In this document: positions 42,201 through 51,439 of the stretch, piece after piece
Numbering within the stretch: position 1 is the first letter of the stretch
Layout of the letters: each line of letters opens with the position of its first letter
Assembly (NCBI GenBank): GCA_963666285.1
Contig: OY762711.1
Strand: one strand, 5' to 3'
Source of the DNA: Sedimentisphaerales bacterium
Lineage (GTDB): Bacteria > Planctomycetota > Phycisphaerae > Sedimentisphaerales > SM23-30
Length of the DNA stretch: 64,000 nt
The notes under the pieces: model-generated
The model's input: only the letters and a program-made list of their open reading frames with translations
Told to the model about the DNA's origin: nothing
Database searches by the model: none
Program-made: the position numbers and the translations under genes

Positions 42201-43318
42201 AAGCCGGTCCAGCCCATATTCAGATGATATAAATCTGTTGAATTATCTATACCATATCCATCAGCCACAATTGCATGCCCACCATCATTCCCATCAATAC
42301 CAAGCATAACTGGATATGTCGCAAATAGATTAGATATTAATATTTTATCTAAGTTTGCTTTGTCAATACCATTTTGATTTCCTCCTTTAATAGCATTTGA
42401 ATATTTAAAAACATCTAAGAATGCATCCCCTGCATTTAATGTGTTCGCACCAGACCCACTAGCAGTATACGACATTCCCACAGAAACACCTGCATCATAG
42501 CATAAAGCACCAATTGCTTTTCTAGAAGTCTCAGATGTGTAATAATTAGGCGTTGTTTGCATTGCTCCCCAATTATACTGCCCTCCAACACCGTCTCCAC
42601 CTATTGTAGTTCTAGTTTCAGTTATACCATCAATTGTGATACTTGAGGATACCGCACCAATACTATCTATTGGATACTGGTGGTAATACATAATTTGAGC
42701 CATGGCTGTAGCAACGCATCCACAAGGATAATTATTAGGTGTATAATAATTGTAACAGAGGTTGCCGCCAGCCTCAGTCTGATCCCATTCTGTTTTCAAT
42801 AGCGGCTCTACCAGAATTTCGTCCATATCAGAATCTGTAGTTCCATTAGATGCTTTTGAAACAATTATAGCTGAAATGCTTTTCCACTTACTCTGCATCT
42901 CGGCAAAGTATTGTTCATTTTCAGTAGAAGATTTACTCTTGACTCTGTTTCTTACATAACTGGTTCTTTGCCTTAAATCTTTATCAGCCAAAGAAGCAAG
43001 CGGATTATCTGTTGTTAGATCATATTTTCCATTTTCAGAGAAAGCAATAATAGGCTCGACCTCATCATCAGCTGAGACAATAATAAAACCACTAGGAGCA
43101 AGATTGACAATATGATATATAGGAACTTTATCTTTGCCGGAGTATGTGTCAATGGTGTCGATACTAGTTCCAAGTTCAACACCAAGATGGGTATTTCCCT
43201 GGCTCAACCAACCTTGTACCATCTGCTTGGCATCGCTGGCAGACATAACAGCAGCATTAACAACATTGGATACAAATGAGCACACAACCACAATAATAAT
43301 TAAAGTGTTTTTCATCAT
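39278..43318 (-). CDS. secreted C10 (streptopain-like) cysteine peptidase with propeptide, Ig-like domains, GLUG repeats and dockerin-like tail
   Basis: GFIIVSADD..PIIAFS propeptide; WDQ, CGCVATAMAQ, GGHAIVADGY, NMGW catalytic motifs; many GGLVG..CYATG repeats; DINGD..INILDL tail. Confidence 0.9.
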   Translation of the reverse strand: MMKNTLIIIVVVCSFVSNVVNAAVMSASDAKQMVQGWLSQGNTHLGVELGTSIDTIDTYSGKDKVPIYHIVNLAPSGFIIVSADDEVEPIIAFSENGKYDLTTDNPLASLADKDLRQRTSYVRNRVKSKSSTENEQYFAEMQSKWKSISAIIVSKASNGTTDSDMDEILVEPLLKTEWDQTEAGGNLCYNYYTPNNYPCGCVATAMAQIMYYHQYPIDSIGAVSSSITIDGITETRTTIGGDGVGGQYNWGAMQTTPNYYTSETSRKAIGALCYDAGVSVGMSYTASGSGANTLNAGDAFLDVFKYSNAIKGGNQNGIDKANLDKILISNLFATYPVMLGIDGNDGGHAIVADGYGIDNSTDLYHLNMGWTGLYNLWYNLPNIYTDLYASNIVHKCVYNIYHIGTGEIVSGRIYDLEGTPAGGVTINIGNKIIGTDQFEVIDTVTSDNNGIYSFSQVPGNRNYYVYIEDQGSIEAQDQAISLGMSSGYNTANLYNIDFYVDAKAKISVLGNDQVIANKDDTPSVYDNTDFSTFNGIITKEFVIKNDGNIPLEVSVQLASDSEFSISYLPDSVVAPGGYTTFDVTLDIGTDDFGFYQDRVIIASNDPNNLAYYFEISGYASNNDGTAEDPFQISTSQQLCALHNLPELYNSHFILMQDIDMDGYIFDSAVISPNTKDGSYFYGVEFSGLFDGNFHKISNLKIDGQDYCGLFGYIEKTAIIRNLGLENIDITCSGCYAGGLVGYCCAKGDSNTVSISNCYATGLISGDNGTGGLVGYCCTNSDRSAVSISNCYATELISGDNDTGGLVGYCYTRYNSSVIISNCYATGQVTGGVAGGLVGYCRIYNESGVISIGSCYATGQVTGSYTGGLVGGCFINESSSVFSISNCYATGQVTGYSAGGLAGDCSCGANNVVSITDSYATGQVTGGGGVAGGLVGNVSVYDLIVASISNCYATGSVTGTGGHVGGLVGCNNGEISNCHASGSITGEGWYTGGLVGQNIGSVNLCYATGSVTGTGGHVGGLVGCNNGEISNCHASGSITGEGWYTGGLVGQNIGSVNLCYATGSVTGESCLGGLVGYNDHDSIVSSCYAIGSVTAIGDDSGGLVGVNSGAISNSFSTGSVTGDEKIGGLVGRNYDGSIICCYALGYIKGYDYIGGLVGYNRDSRILGCFSGCRVTATKTGAPEYIHVGGLVGYNYVSSSAGTSSISIVGDIGVLETTEANISDCFWDVEVSGIGLSGDDNYGAVGKNTAEMMDASTFAGWDIGDTDGDGEGWKLTENYYPRFIWEPDSFSPDINGDSNINILDLGAIASMWLCSDCASIYYCGQTDFNVSGSTDMEDFLIFVDSWLE

Positions 43319-43606
43319 TGATTTCCTAAATAATTATTAACCATCAAAAGGCAGAAGGATGAAGAGCTCAATTACTCACTCAAACTTCCCAGATTTAAGA
43401 TTATTATTTTACCAAAATCAGTTTACAGAACAAAATAAAAAAAAATTACAAAACACCCCTCAAAAACTCCGTTTAACGACCTCCGGGGTAGAGATACATT
43501 AACAGGTTAAAAAGTGGGTACACTTTTGGGTACACATGATATATTGACATTATATAAACCATTAAAAAGACTGTAAGTTATGATTTTGCAAAGCTTTAAG
43601 GAAGCC

Positions 43607-43757
43607 CTCATAACCCGGAGGTCATAGGTTCGAATCCTATTGGCCGCTATTCGACGTAAGTCACTAAGGAACAAGAAGTTAACTTGTTCCTTTTTTTACG
43701 CGCAAACCGGCCAGTTTACCCGCCAGGCGTGTCTCAGGCTTGCCTGGACGTGCCGAT
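43607..43757 (+). repeat. att-like junction 4
   Basis: CTCATAACCCGGAGGTCATAGGTTCGAATCCTATT identical to tRNA-fMet, then GGCCGCTA, terminator and arm; TGGGTACAC direct repeats upstream at ~43515-43535. Confidence 0.92.
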
Positions 43758-43988
43758 CAATTTGCAATTCTGGAGAAAAAACGCCCCAAAACACTCAACT
43801 TCTTCTTTGAAAAACATATTATTTTTCAGTCCCAAAAAACCTTGTTCAAAGTACGTTAAAAATAACTAAATAACAATTCAGACGCATTACTGAAAAAACA
43901 ACAAAAACACGTAAATCTAGTGTGGAAATTCGAGCATGCAAAAACCTGTATTTCGCACTTTTCAGGATTAGCAATTCACGTTTCGTAA
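43758..43988 (+). repeat. island-specific non-coding repeat family B
   Basis: Directly continues the junction 4 arm; matches 27306-27480, 35545-35720 and 35853-35898. Confidence 0.88.
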
Positions 43989-44142
43989 CTCATCATCCCC
44001 AATATACAACAGCTAACCAGTTCCTGGTAAGCTTTTCTAATCCGGCCTCGTACAGATGATTTCAGCTCCCAGCTGAAACGCCCTTTACTACGCCAATCCC
44101 AACCTATGCCTTTCTGTATTAACACCTGAGATTTTCAATAGC

Positions 44143-45312
44143 CTATCTTTCAGCCATAAAGGCTGCTAACGAAACCGGCCCCTCAACCGGCCACCGGCCC
44201 TCAGGCATAGGGCAAACCTTCAGGAGATCTGGATCCAGAACCACATGCTTTATCCTCTCGCGATGCCAGGTGTAAACAATATGGACAAAGCCGTCTTTGG
44301 TCTGGATCACAGCCGGATAGGCAAAGTGCTTATCTGGTTCATCCAGGTAATCCAGAATCAACGAAGCACCCCAGTTGATGCCGTCACTTGAAAGTGCGAC
44401 ATTCAAAATGCCCCGGCCTCCATAGCCCATTCCCTTTTGGTATCTCGTAGAATGATTATAGACCAGCAGCTGCCTGCCGTCGCTCAAGGTTACGGCATCA
44501 AGCCCGGAATTATTATTAGGCAATACCGTTGCTTTCATCTCAGACCAGCTGAGACCATTATCTTCAGACCACGCCTGGGCAATAAAACCAACTTTAGAAC
44601 CTGTACGGCAAAGCATCTGGATACGCCCGTCAGGATAAGCCAGCAAGGTCGGCTGGATCGCACCCATTACCTTGCCATCGTTTAGCGGACCGATGCTCTT
44701 CCAGCTCCTGCCGCCGTCTGTACTTCGTTCAACATGAACAAGCCAGCCCGCATCTTCGGTACTGGAGCCGGATAAGATCGTGCCGTCTTTCAGCTGTATC
44801 GGCTTATTTTTCACCGGGCCTATTAGGTTGTCATCAAGTTTGTTTGCCTCGCTCCAGGTATGGCCGCCGTCATCAGAGGTCTTTACCAATCCCCACCACC
44901 GGCTTGGTTTGGGACCGACCTTATAGAACAGCATTATATCTCTACCCTGCGGCTGAAATAATACCGGGTTCCAGGCCGGCAGCCTTTCTCCTTCTGCCTG
45001 TATCCCGTCCGCAGCACTTACAGGTTCTGTCCATTTCCCGCCCGGTTTCTTATGTGAAACCCATATCTCAACATCATCATTGCCTTCGGCTGTTCCGCCA
45101 AAAAAGGCACACAGCAGTTCGCCGGAAGCCAGCTCCAGTATAGTCGAGGCATGACAGGAAGGAAAAGGAGCGGTCTCATAAACAAACTCTTCCAATACCA
45201 CTCCGGCCTGATAATTCGCTCCCATCACAACTGTACCCGATACCGCAACTGTCATAACGGCACACAATAACAAAAGCCGCATAAGCACTCTCATAATAAT
45301 TATCTCACGCAC
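44143..45312 (-). CDS. sialidase-like BNR/Asp-box protein (BNR_2 family)
   Basis: SCHAST, WNPVLF, GPVKNKP, Asp-boxes S.DGG.TW, PNNNSG.DA, YPAVIQ. Confidence 0.88.
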   Translation of the reverse strand: MREIIIMRVLMRLLLLCAVMTVAVSGTVVMGANYQAGVVLEEFVYETAPFPSCHASTILELASGELLCAFFGGTAEGNDDVEIWVSHKKPGGKWTEPVSAADGIQAEGERLPAWNPVLFQPQGRDIMLFYKVGPKPSRWWGLVKTSDDGGHTWSEANKLDDNLIGPVKNKPIQLKDGTILSGSSTEDAGWLVHVERSTDGGRSWKSIGPLNDGKVMGAIQPTLLAYPDGRIQMLCRTGSKVGFIAQAWSEDNGLSWSEMKATVLPNNNSGLDAVTLSDGRQLLVYNHSTRYQKGMGYGGRGILNVALSSDGINWGASLILDYLDEPDKHFAYPAVIQTKDGFVHIVYTWHRERIKHVVLDPDLLKVCPMPEGRWPVEGPVSLAAFMAER

Positions 45313-45537
45313 GATTATTTCCTTTTCAAAATCTGTAACAATTCTTATTCCAGCAGAACTATTGAACTATCATAACACCTGATTTTTCTCTAATCAAGCA
45401 GTACTTTTTGCCGCATATCTTTGCATGGCATACTTTTGACTGTTCAATAAAGCCATTCATATATTTGGTGCCTGGCTTAAATCAACTTTAGCTATGCCAC
45501 CAAAATCACCAGCATTTTGAAGTGAACCGTATTTTCT

Positions 45538-45984
45538 CTATTTTCCCGTGCTTTCTACTATAAACGTTACCGGCCCGTCATTTACACTGCTCACATGCAT
45601 ATGTGCCGCAAATCTGCCATACTCCACGTTTATCCCTTCATTTTCCAGCTGCTTACCAACATACTGATACAATCTGTCAGCTTCCGCCGGGTCACCCGCC
45701 ATATCAAATCCAGGCCTCCTCCCTTTCCGGCAGTCACCATACAAAGTAAACTGGCTCACCAGCAGTACCTCACCGCCCACATCTTTAACCGACAAATTCA
45801 TTTTCCCGGCATCATCAGAAAATATCCGCAGACCCGCAATCTTACCCGCGATAAACGCAGCTTCATGCTCGCTGTCGCCTTTGCCAACTCCCAGGTACAC
45901 CAGCAAACCATGCCCGACCCGGCCGGTTACCTCGCCGTCAACTTCAACTTTAGCTTCCGATACTCTTTGTAATACTATTCTCAT
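45538..45984 (-). CDS. dtd: D-aminoacyl-tRNA deacylase
   Basis: MRIVLQRV, VSQFTL, NDGPVT. Confidence 0.96.
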   Translation of the reverse strand: MRIVLQRVSEAKVEVDGEVTGRVGHGLLVYLGVGKGDSEHEAAFIAGKIAGLRIFSDDAGKMNLSVKDVGGEVLLVSQFTLYGDCRKGRRPGFDMAGDPAEADRLYQYVGKQLENEGINVEYGRFAAHMHVSSVNDGPVTFIVESTGK

Positions 45985-46149
45985 TAATTAAATAAAGTGA
46001 CCAATTTTACACTATTATATAGCTGTAAAAATTTTGACATGATCTTTTATAAAAAACAAATAACTCACCGCTAAGCGGCATTCCAACCCTTATGCCTAAC
46101 CACTTATCTCATACTTCCTTTCAAACTAGTCATCAGTCAGTTTGAAAAA

Positions 46150-47208
46150 TTAAATGCTGTCATCTGAATCAAGCGTATCTTTCCAGACTTCAAGGTTTTC
46201 CAGGTGAATACTTGTGCCGCGAGCCACGCAGCTTAATGGGTCGTCCGCAACTCTTACGTCAAGACCGGTTGCGTTACTGATAACTACGTCCAGCTTACGC
46301 AGTAATGCTCCGCCGCCGGCCAGGCATATGCCGTTATCGATCAGGTCAGCTGCCAGTTCCGGCTCAGCTTTCTCCAAAGTATGTGTTACAGCTTCTATCA
46401 TTGCAGAAATTGGCTCTTTCAGGGCATCCCGAATCTCTTCGCTTGTCACTACAATCTTCCTTGGCAGACCGGATATTGTGTCCCGACCGGCTATTTCCAT
46501 GGTCAGTTCTTCTTCCAGAGGGGCCGCTGAACCTATCTGAAGCTTGATTTTTTCGGCTCTGGGCTGACCAATCAGGAGGTTATATGTTCTTTTAAGATGG
46601 GCGATTATAGCTTCGTCCATATTGTCGCCCGCAACCCGTACAGATTCACTTACACTTACATCACCAAGTGACATAATCGCCACTTCGGTAGTACCACCGC
46701 CAATATCCACGATCATGGATGCTGTCGGTTCGACAATAGGCAATCCGGCACCCATACCGGCTGCTTTCGGCTCTTGAACGAGATAAGCCTTTCTGGCGCC
46801 TGCCCTTATGGCACTGTCCAGTACTGCCCTGCGTTCTACCGCTGTTATGCCTGATGGTACTGCTATTACTACCCTTGGCTTAGGGGCGATAAATTTTCGA
46901 CTGCCGTGTACTTTACGGATAAAGTATGAAAGCATCGCTTCAGTTATCTCAAAATCGCTGATTACACCATCTTTCAGAGGCCTTATCGCTGATATCGATT
47001 CTGGTGTTTTTCCCAACATTTCCTTCGCGACAATACCTACTGCATTTCCATCCTGTAAAACCTGGTTGGTACCTTTGCGAACTGCTACTACCGAAGGCTC
47101 GTTTAGTACGATACCTTCTCCGCGAACACTAACCAGGGTATTACAGGTACCCAGGTCAATTCCCATATCCAGAGAGAAGCGTCCTAATAGCGGGTCAAAT
47201 ATAGACAC
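46150..47208 (-). CDS. mreB: rod shape-determining protein MreB
   Basis: GIDLGTCNT, EPSVVA, RPLKDGVI, VDIGGGTTEVA, GGGALL; likely GTG start 47208 after AAAGGA. Confidence 0.96.
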   Translation of the reverse strand: MSIFDPLLGRFSLDMGIDLGTCNTLVSVRGEGIVLNEPSVVAVRKGTNQVLQDGNAVGIVAKEMLGKTPESISAIRPLKDGVISDFEITEAMLSYFIRKVHGSRKFIAPKPRVVIAVPSGITAVERRAVLDSAIRAGARKAYLVQEPKAAGMGAGLPIVEPTASMIVDIGGGTTEVAIMSLGDVSVSESVRVAGDNMDEAIIAHLKRTYNLLIGQPRAEKIKLQIGSAAPLEEELTMEIAGRDTISGLPRKIVVTSEEIRDALKEPISAMIEAVTHTLEKAEPELAADLIDNGICLAGGGALLRKLDVVISNATGLDVRVADDPLSCVARGTSIHLENLEVWKDTLDSDDSI

Positions 47209-47627
47209 AATATGTCCTTTCAGTATTGGTAACAGTATATTTCGCAAATTATCTGCCCGAAACTCAATTTCTTCTGTTTGTATGGTGCCCGGAGCAGATT
47301 TATCTTATCCATATTAAACGCCATATTTTATCACGATTTTACATTGGTTACAAGAGACTTGGTGTAATAATTTTTTCACACCCTAAGTCGCTGTTAATAA
47401 GACAGTTAGGGCTTGATGGTTGGCTGCCTCACATTTCGCCCCGACATTTAACCTGTTGTAAATTGTATAATTTACATAGAGTTACTTCATTTTTTAGCCG
47501 CTTTTGGAGTTTTTAGGCCGGTGTCTAAAAAAGATGTAATCTCGGTTGATAAAACACTTTATTGTACCGGTGTTTGGATTATAATTAGGGTAATAATTAC
47601 GAAATTACAATTTTAGGAGAATGCAGT

Positions 47628-48086
47628 ATGCAGGTAATGAAGCAGTTGTCGGTATTTCTTATCAATAAGCCCGGCATCCTGGCCCAGGTTCTAAACGAAC
47701 TGGCAAATGAAAAGGTTAATATCATTGCTATGACAATGATGGATTCTGTTGAACATGGAGTATTGAGAATCGTTCCTACCGAACCGGATCATGCCTTGGA
47801 AATTATCGAAAAGATTAACTTACAGGTCAACCATACCGATGTTCTTTGTGTTACTATGCCCAATAAGCCGGGTTCTATGGCTGATGTGGCTCAAAAACTT
47901 TCCCAACATCATATCAATATTACATACTGTTATGTAACTTCAGGCGCCAAAGGTGGTAAGACCAGTGGTATTTTTAAGGTTGCCGACCTTAAAAAGGCGA
48001 TAAAAGTATTGGAAGGTAATTCTACTGTTAAGAAAACCGCCGGCAAGAAAACCGCTGCGCGTAAAAAACCGCGTTTGAGAAAATAA
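47628..48086 (+). CDS. ACT-domain protein (tandem ACT)
   Basis: QLSVFL.NKPG.LA and PNKPGSMA..INI.Y.Y repeats; AGGAG RBS. Confidence 0.88.
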   Translation: MQVMKQLSVFLINKPGILAQVLNELANEKVNIIAMTMMDSVEHGVLRIVPTEPDHALEIIEKINLQVNHTDVLCVTMPNKPGSMADVAQKLSQHHINITYCYVTSGAKGGKTSGIFKVADLKKAIKVLEGNSTVKKTAGKKTAARKKPRLRK

Positions 48087-48225
48087 TCTCTTGTCTGCCT
48101 CAATACTGATAAATCGGTCTGTTTGAATATAAAAATCCATTTGAGGCCGGTTTTGAAAATAAATACTTTCTAATTTTTTTGTTAAATGTATTAATTTTTA
48201 AAAAGTTACATTTTGGAGCCAGCTT

Positions 48226-50985
48226 TTGCGCCAGCATATAAAACAAAGTCGCATAGAGACATCAAATATTTTTGGCTTAGTATCATTGCGTGGTACGCTG
48301 CGATTGTTATCACTCACTCATGCGGGCTGTTGCATGCTTGCTTTATGCATTTTCGGGTTAATTGCTGATGGTTGCTTCTGCCAGATAAATAGTGGGGGCC
48401 ATCAGATTGTTTCCACCTTCGATTTTGAGGAACGTGATACCCACTTCGAAGATATTCCAATGTTCTGGGAAAAAATTGTTGGCAGAGAAGGGTTTCCCCA
48501 TTATTCGAACGGCCAGATCAGCTCTGACCGCAAAAGAAGTGGCAATTACAGCTTCAAACTTATTTCCGATGGCGGCAGTGTTGCATATGAATATGCACGT
48601 CGCCGACAGGTTGTCAAACCCGGTAGCGACTGCCAGGTAACCGGCTTTGTCTCACTCGAAAACGCTCATGATTGCAGGGCTCAGATCAGCTGTGTGCTTA
48701 CTGATCGACTCGGTCGTGAAATCCCTGGCAGCCAGCGATTCTCCAAACTTATTTCTCCCGCTGATCTGGCGGGAAACCAATGGCTCAGAGTTGATGTCTA
48801 TATCCCTGGCGAGTTTCCTGATGCCAGGTATCTCTCTGTTGGGCTTTGGCTGCTCCAGAAGAGCCAGTGGGATAAATCAATGATGGGCACGAATGTGTTC
48901 GAGCAGAATATTGATGCTGTTGCCTGGTTCGATGACATCGGTATTTTCCAGCTGCCCAGGGTATTGCTTAAAACTGATCAGGTTGCAAACGTGTTTCCTG
49001 CCAGGGTTGAACCTTGTATAAATGTTGAGCTGCAAAGTGCCGGTATCCTTGACTATCGGGCCAATCTTGTTATATTCGACCGTGATGAAAACAGAATCTT
49101 CAGCGAAAGCTGGGTGCTTTCCGGGATCGAAGGAGAGGTAAAAGTTCGTAAACTGTATCCCGGTGACCTTTCGGCAGGGGTATATCATGCGAGATTGGAG
49201 ATTTATTCCTCGAATATTCTCATTGCTGTACGAGATATGGACTTTGCCAGGCTCGCACCTTTACAGAGCGGCGATCTCGAAGGCGGTTATGATTTCGGTG
49301 TCATTACCATGGATGATTCCAGTGGTAATATGGATGAGATTATTAACTTATCCAAAAAACTACAGACCAAAATTATTAAACTGCCGGTCTGGAGAAACCA
49401 GGACAATCTTTGCCCGGCAATTTTAAACGTTAAGGATTTCGATAGGAAGTTAATTGACCTTGAGGAATCTCGTATCAGGCTGGTTGCCACTTTCGATGAA
49501 GTATCTTCTGACCTTATCTCCGGCATGGATATGACCGGTAGCGGACTGCTCGATGTCCTTAGCCAGGATTCAAAAATATGGCAGGATGAGATCGGATTTA
49601 TTCTTGCTCGTTATGCCTTGCAGATACCTTTCTGGCAGATCGGACCCGATCAGAGTATAGATAAACGCTGGGACCCGCGTATCAAACCTGTTACCGAAAA
49701 ACTTCGTGTTGAGTTTAACAAGGTTGTGAGGAACACCAAGCTTAGCGTGCCGCTCGAAGCTACCAATAATCTTAACTATGACGATGTTGGCACCAGGTCT
49801 ATAACGATGTTTGTCCCTTCTGCTATCCAGCCGCATGCTATTCCGGACTATATCAAAAATTTTAAAGATAACGGCTTGTCTGATGTATGGGTCACTGTTG
49901 AACCGCTGGATAATAATATTTATCGTGAAGATGATGTACTTATCGATTTCTTCAAGCGGCTTATCTATTCGGTTAAGGCCGATTGTGAAGCTGTTTTTAT
50001 ACCTCACCCCTGGAATAAACGCGAGATCAATGCTAACCGTGATATAGAGGTTGACGAAAAGTTCCTGGTATTCCGCACTATCTCTGATATGCTCAGCGGT
50101 GCTGTTCTGCTCGGCGAATTTGAGATATCACATGAAGTGCCCGCTCTTCTGTTCGATCGAAACGGCAGGGGGGTTATGGTCGTCTGGGACGAAAACTACG
50201 ATGATATGGCTGCCAGCAGCCCAAGTGAGTTCGAACTCTATCTCGGTAGCAGGCCGCATACCACCGATATCTTCGGCAACACATCTTTCCTCGAAAAGAG
50301 AGGTGAATCCTCTGTCCTTAAGCTTACAAACTGGCCGCAGATTATCAGTGGGATCGATACCGAGATTACCATGCTGAGAAGTACCGTCCGGCTGGAACCG
50401 GACGTGCTCGACGCCAGTGTTTTCAGTCAGAAAGTAAAACTCCGGTTCAAAAATCCTTTCAAGACAACCGTTATGGGACAGGCACGCGTATTGCTCGACG
50501 ATGCTGACCAGGAAAACTGGATGGTCGAACCTCAGTCTTTCTCTATTATGCTCAAGCCCGACCAGGTTTTTGAAACTGACCTGAAGATTAAGTTCCCCAG
50601 TAGCGAAATAAGTGGCAGAAAGCTCATAAAGCTCGGTTTCAGGGTTGATGCCGACCAGAGCTATTTTATAAATGTGGCTGTACCGTTCACTATCGAAATG
50701 AAGGATATCGATGCCCGGGTCTTTGCTCGTCGTGTCAACGATACCGATATGTACGTACAGATGATACTTACCAATAATGGTACGGAAAATTATTCTCTGC
50801 GTACTTTTATCGTATTGCCCGATGGTGACTATGATGAAAAGAGTGCCCGGCTCGAACCTGACACTACCATTACCCGGGCATTTCTGGTCAAAGATGCCGT
50901 CAAATGGCTTGGCCGATATGTACGTGTCGGACTCCGCGACCCCAAAGGTGATAAACGCATAAATTACCAGCTCAAAATCCAGTAA
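48226..50985 (+). CDS. large hypothetical exported protein
   Basis: 919 aa ORF; FDFEE carbohydrate-binding-like N-terminus; Ig/NEW3-like C-terminal region; true start probably downstream of 48226. Confidence 0.7.
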   Translation: MRQHIKQSRIETSNIFGLVSLRGTLRLLSLTHAGCCMLALCIFGLIADGCFCQINSGGHQIVSTFDFEERDTHFEDIPMFWEKIVGREGFPHYSNGQISSDRKRSGNYSFKLISDGGSVAYEYARRRQVVKPGSDCQVTGFVSLENAHDCRAQISCVLTDRLGREIPGSQRFSKLISPADLAGNQWLRVDVYIPGEFPDARYLSVGLWLLQKSQWDKSMMGTNVFEQNIDAVAWFDDIGIFQLPRVLLKTDQVANVFPARVEPCINVELQSAGILDYRANLVIFDRDENRIFSESWVLSGIEGEVKVRKLYPGDLSAGVYHARLEIYSSNILIAVRDMDFARLAPLQSGDLEGGYDFGVITMDDSSGNMDEIINLSKKLQTKIIKLPVWRNQDNLCPAILNVKDFDRKLIDLEESRIRLVATFDEVSSDLISGMDMTGSGLLDVLSQDSKIWQDEIGFILARYALQIPFWQIGPDQSIDKRWDPRIKPVTEKLRVEFNKVVRNTKLSVPLEATNNLNYDDVGTRSITMFVPSAIQPHAIPDYIKNFKDNGLSDVWVTVEPLDNNIYREDDVLIDFFKRLIYSVKADCEAVFIPHPWNKREINANRDIEVDEKFLVFRTISDMLSGAVLLGEFEISHEVPALLFDRNGRGVMVVWDENYDDMAASSPSEFELYLGSRPHTTDIFGNTSFLEKRGESSVLKLTNWPQIISGIDTEITMLRSTVRLEPDVLDASVFSQKVKLRFKNPFKTTVMGQARVLLDDADQENWMVEPQSFSIMLKPDQVFETDLKIKFPSSEISGRKLIKLGFRVDADQSYFINVAVPFTIEMKDIDARVFARRVNDTDMYVQMILTNNGTENYSLRTFIVLPDGDYDEKSARLEPDTTITRAFLVKDAVKWLGRYVRVGLRDPKGDKRINYQLKIQ

Positions 50986-51150
50986 TTAGTTAGCGGTTAG
51001 CAGTTAGTATGATATTGTTTATGGTAGATTAGTATTATTATTCAAAGTGACCGATTTTACACTTTTTATTGCTGTAACACAATTTAATACAAATTGTTAC
51101 ATTAATGATTTAATTAGCTTGCCGCTTTGCGACAAACCTTCCCTAATACC

Positions 51151-51383
51151 CGTTTACTTTCGCAGTTTTTAAGTTGCAATAACGAAGTGCCTCTGGTAAA
51201 TCGCCTAAAAGGGCCTTCCTGCAACGCTTTAATATTAAACAAAACGTGAGACGATAGTCGAACACCTTAATTTTTCATTTTTCACTATTCGTTTTTCACT
51301 TAATTGGGCCTGTTTCGGCCTTTGCGTATAATGTTGAACAGTCAAAAGTGCGCCATGCATATGATGCGAAGCATAAACCGCAC
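51151..51383 (+). repeat. dispersed intergenic repeat family A, most complete copy
   Basis: Homologous to 1092-1266, 6918-7131 and 14177-14369. Confidence 0.9.
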
Positions 51384-51439
51384 CTAAATGCTAAGAGAGT
51401 TTTATCTATGGCTGTTTCCTGCTAACTGCTAACTAATTA

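Larger units (their letters stand above)
18824..43990. mobile_element. tandem-accretion genomic island at tRNA-fMet
   Basis: Four downstream tRNA 3'-fragment direct repeats; visibly more AT-rich than the flanking core genes; IS and defence cargo; integrase remnants. Confidence 0.85.

Noticed and set aside
25144..43649. Additional tRNA-Met genes at the junctions
   Set aside because: Only anticodon-loop/T-arm/acceptor 3' parts are present, with no 5' acceptor strand or D-arm
18824..43990. Classical integron or CRISPR array
   Set aside because: No intI or cas genes, no attC R''/R' box pattern recognised, and no short regularly spaced repeats; the repeats are tRNA-derived and kilobases apart
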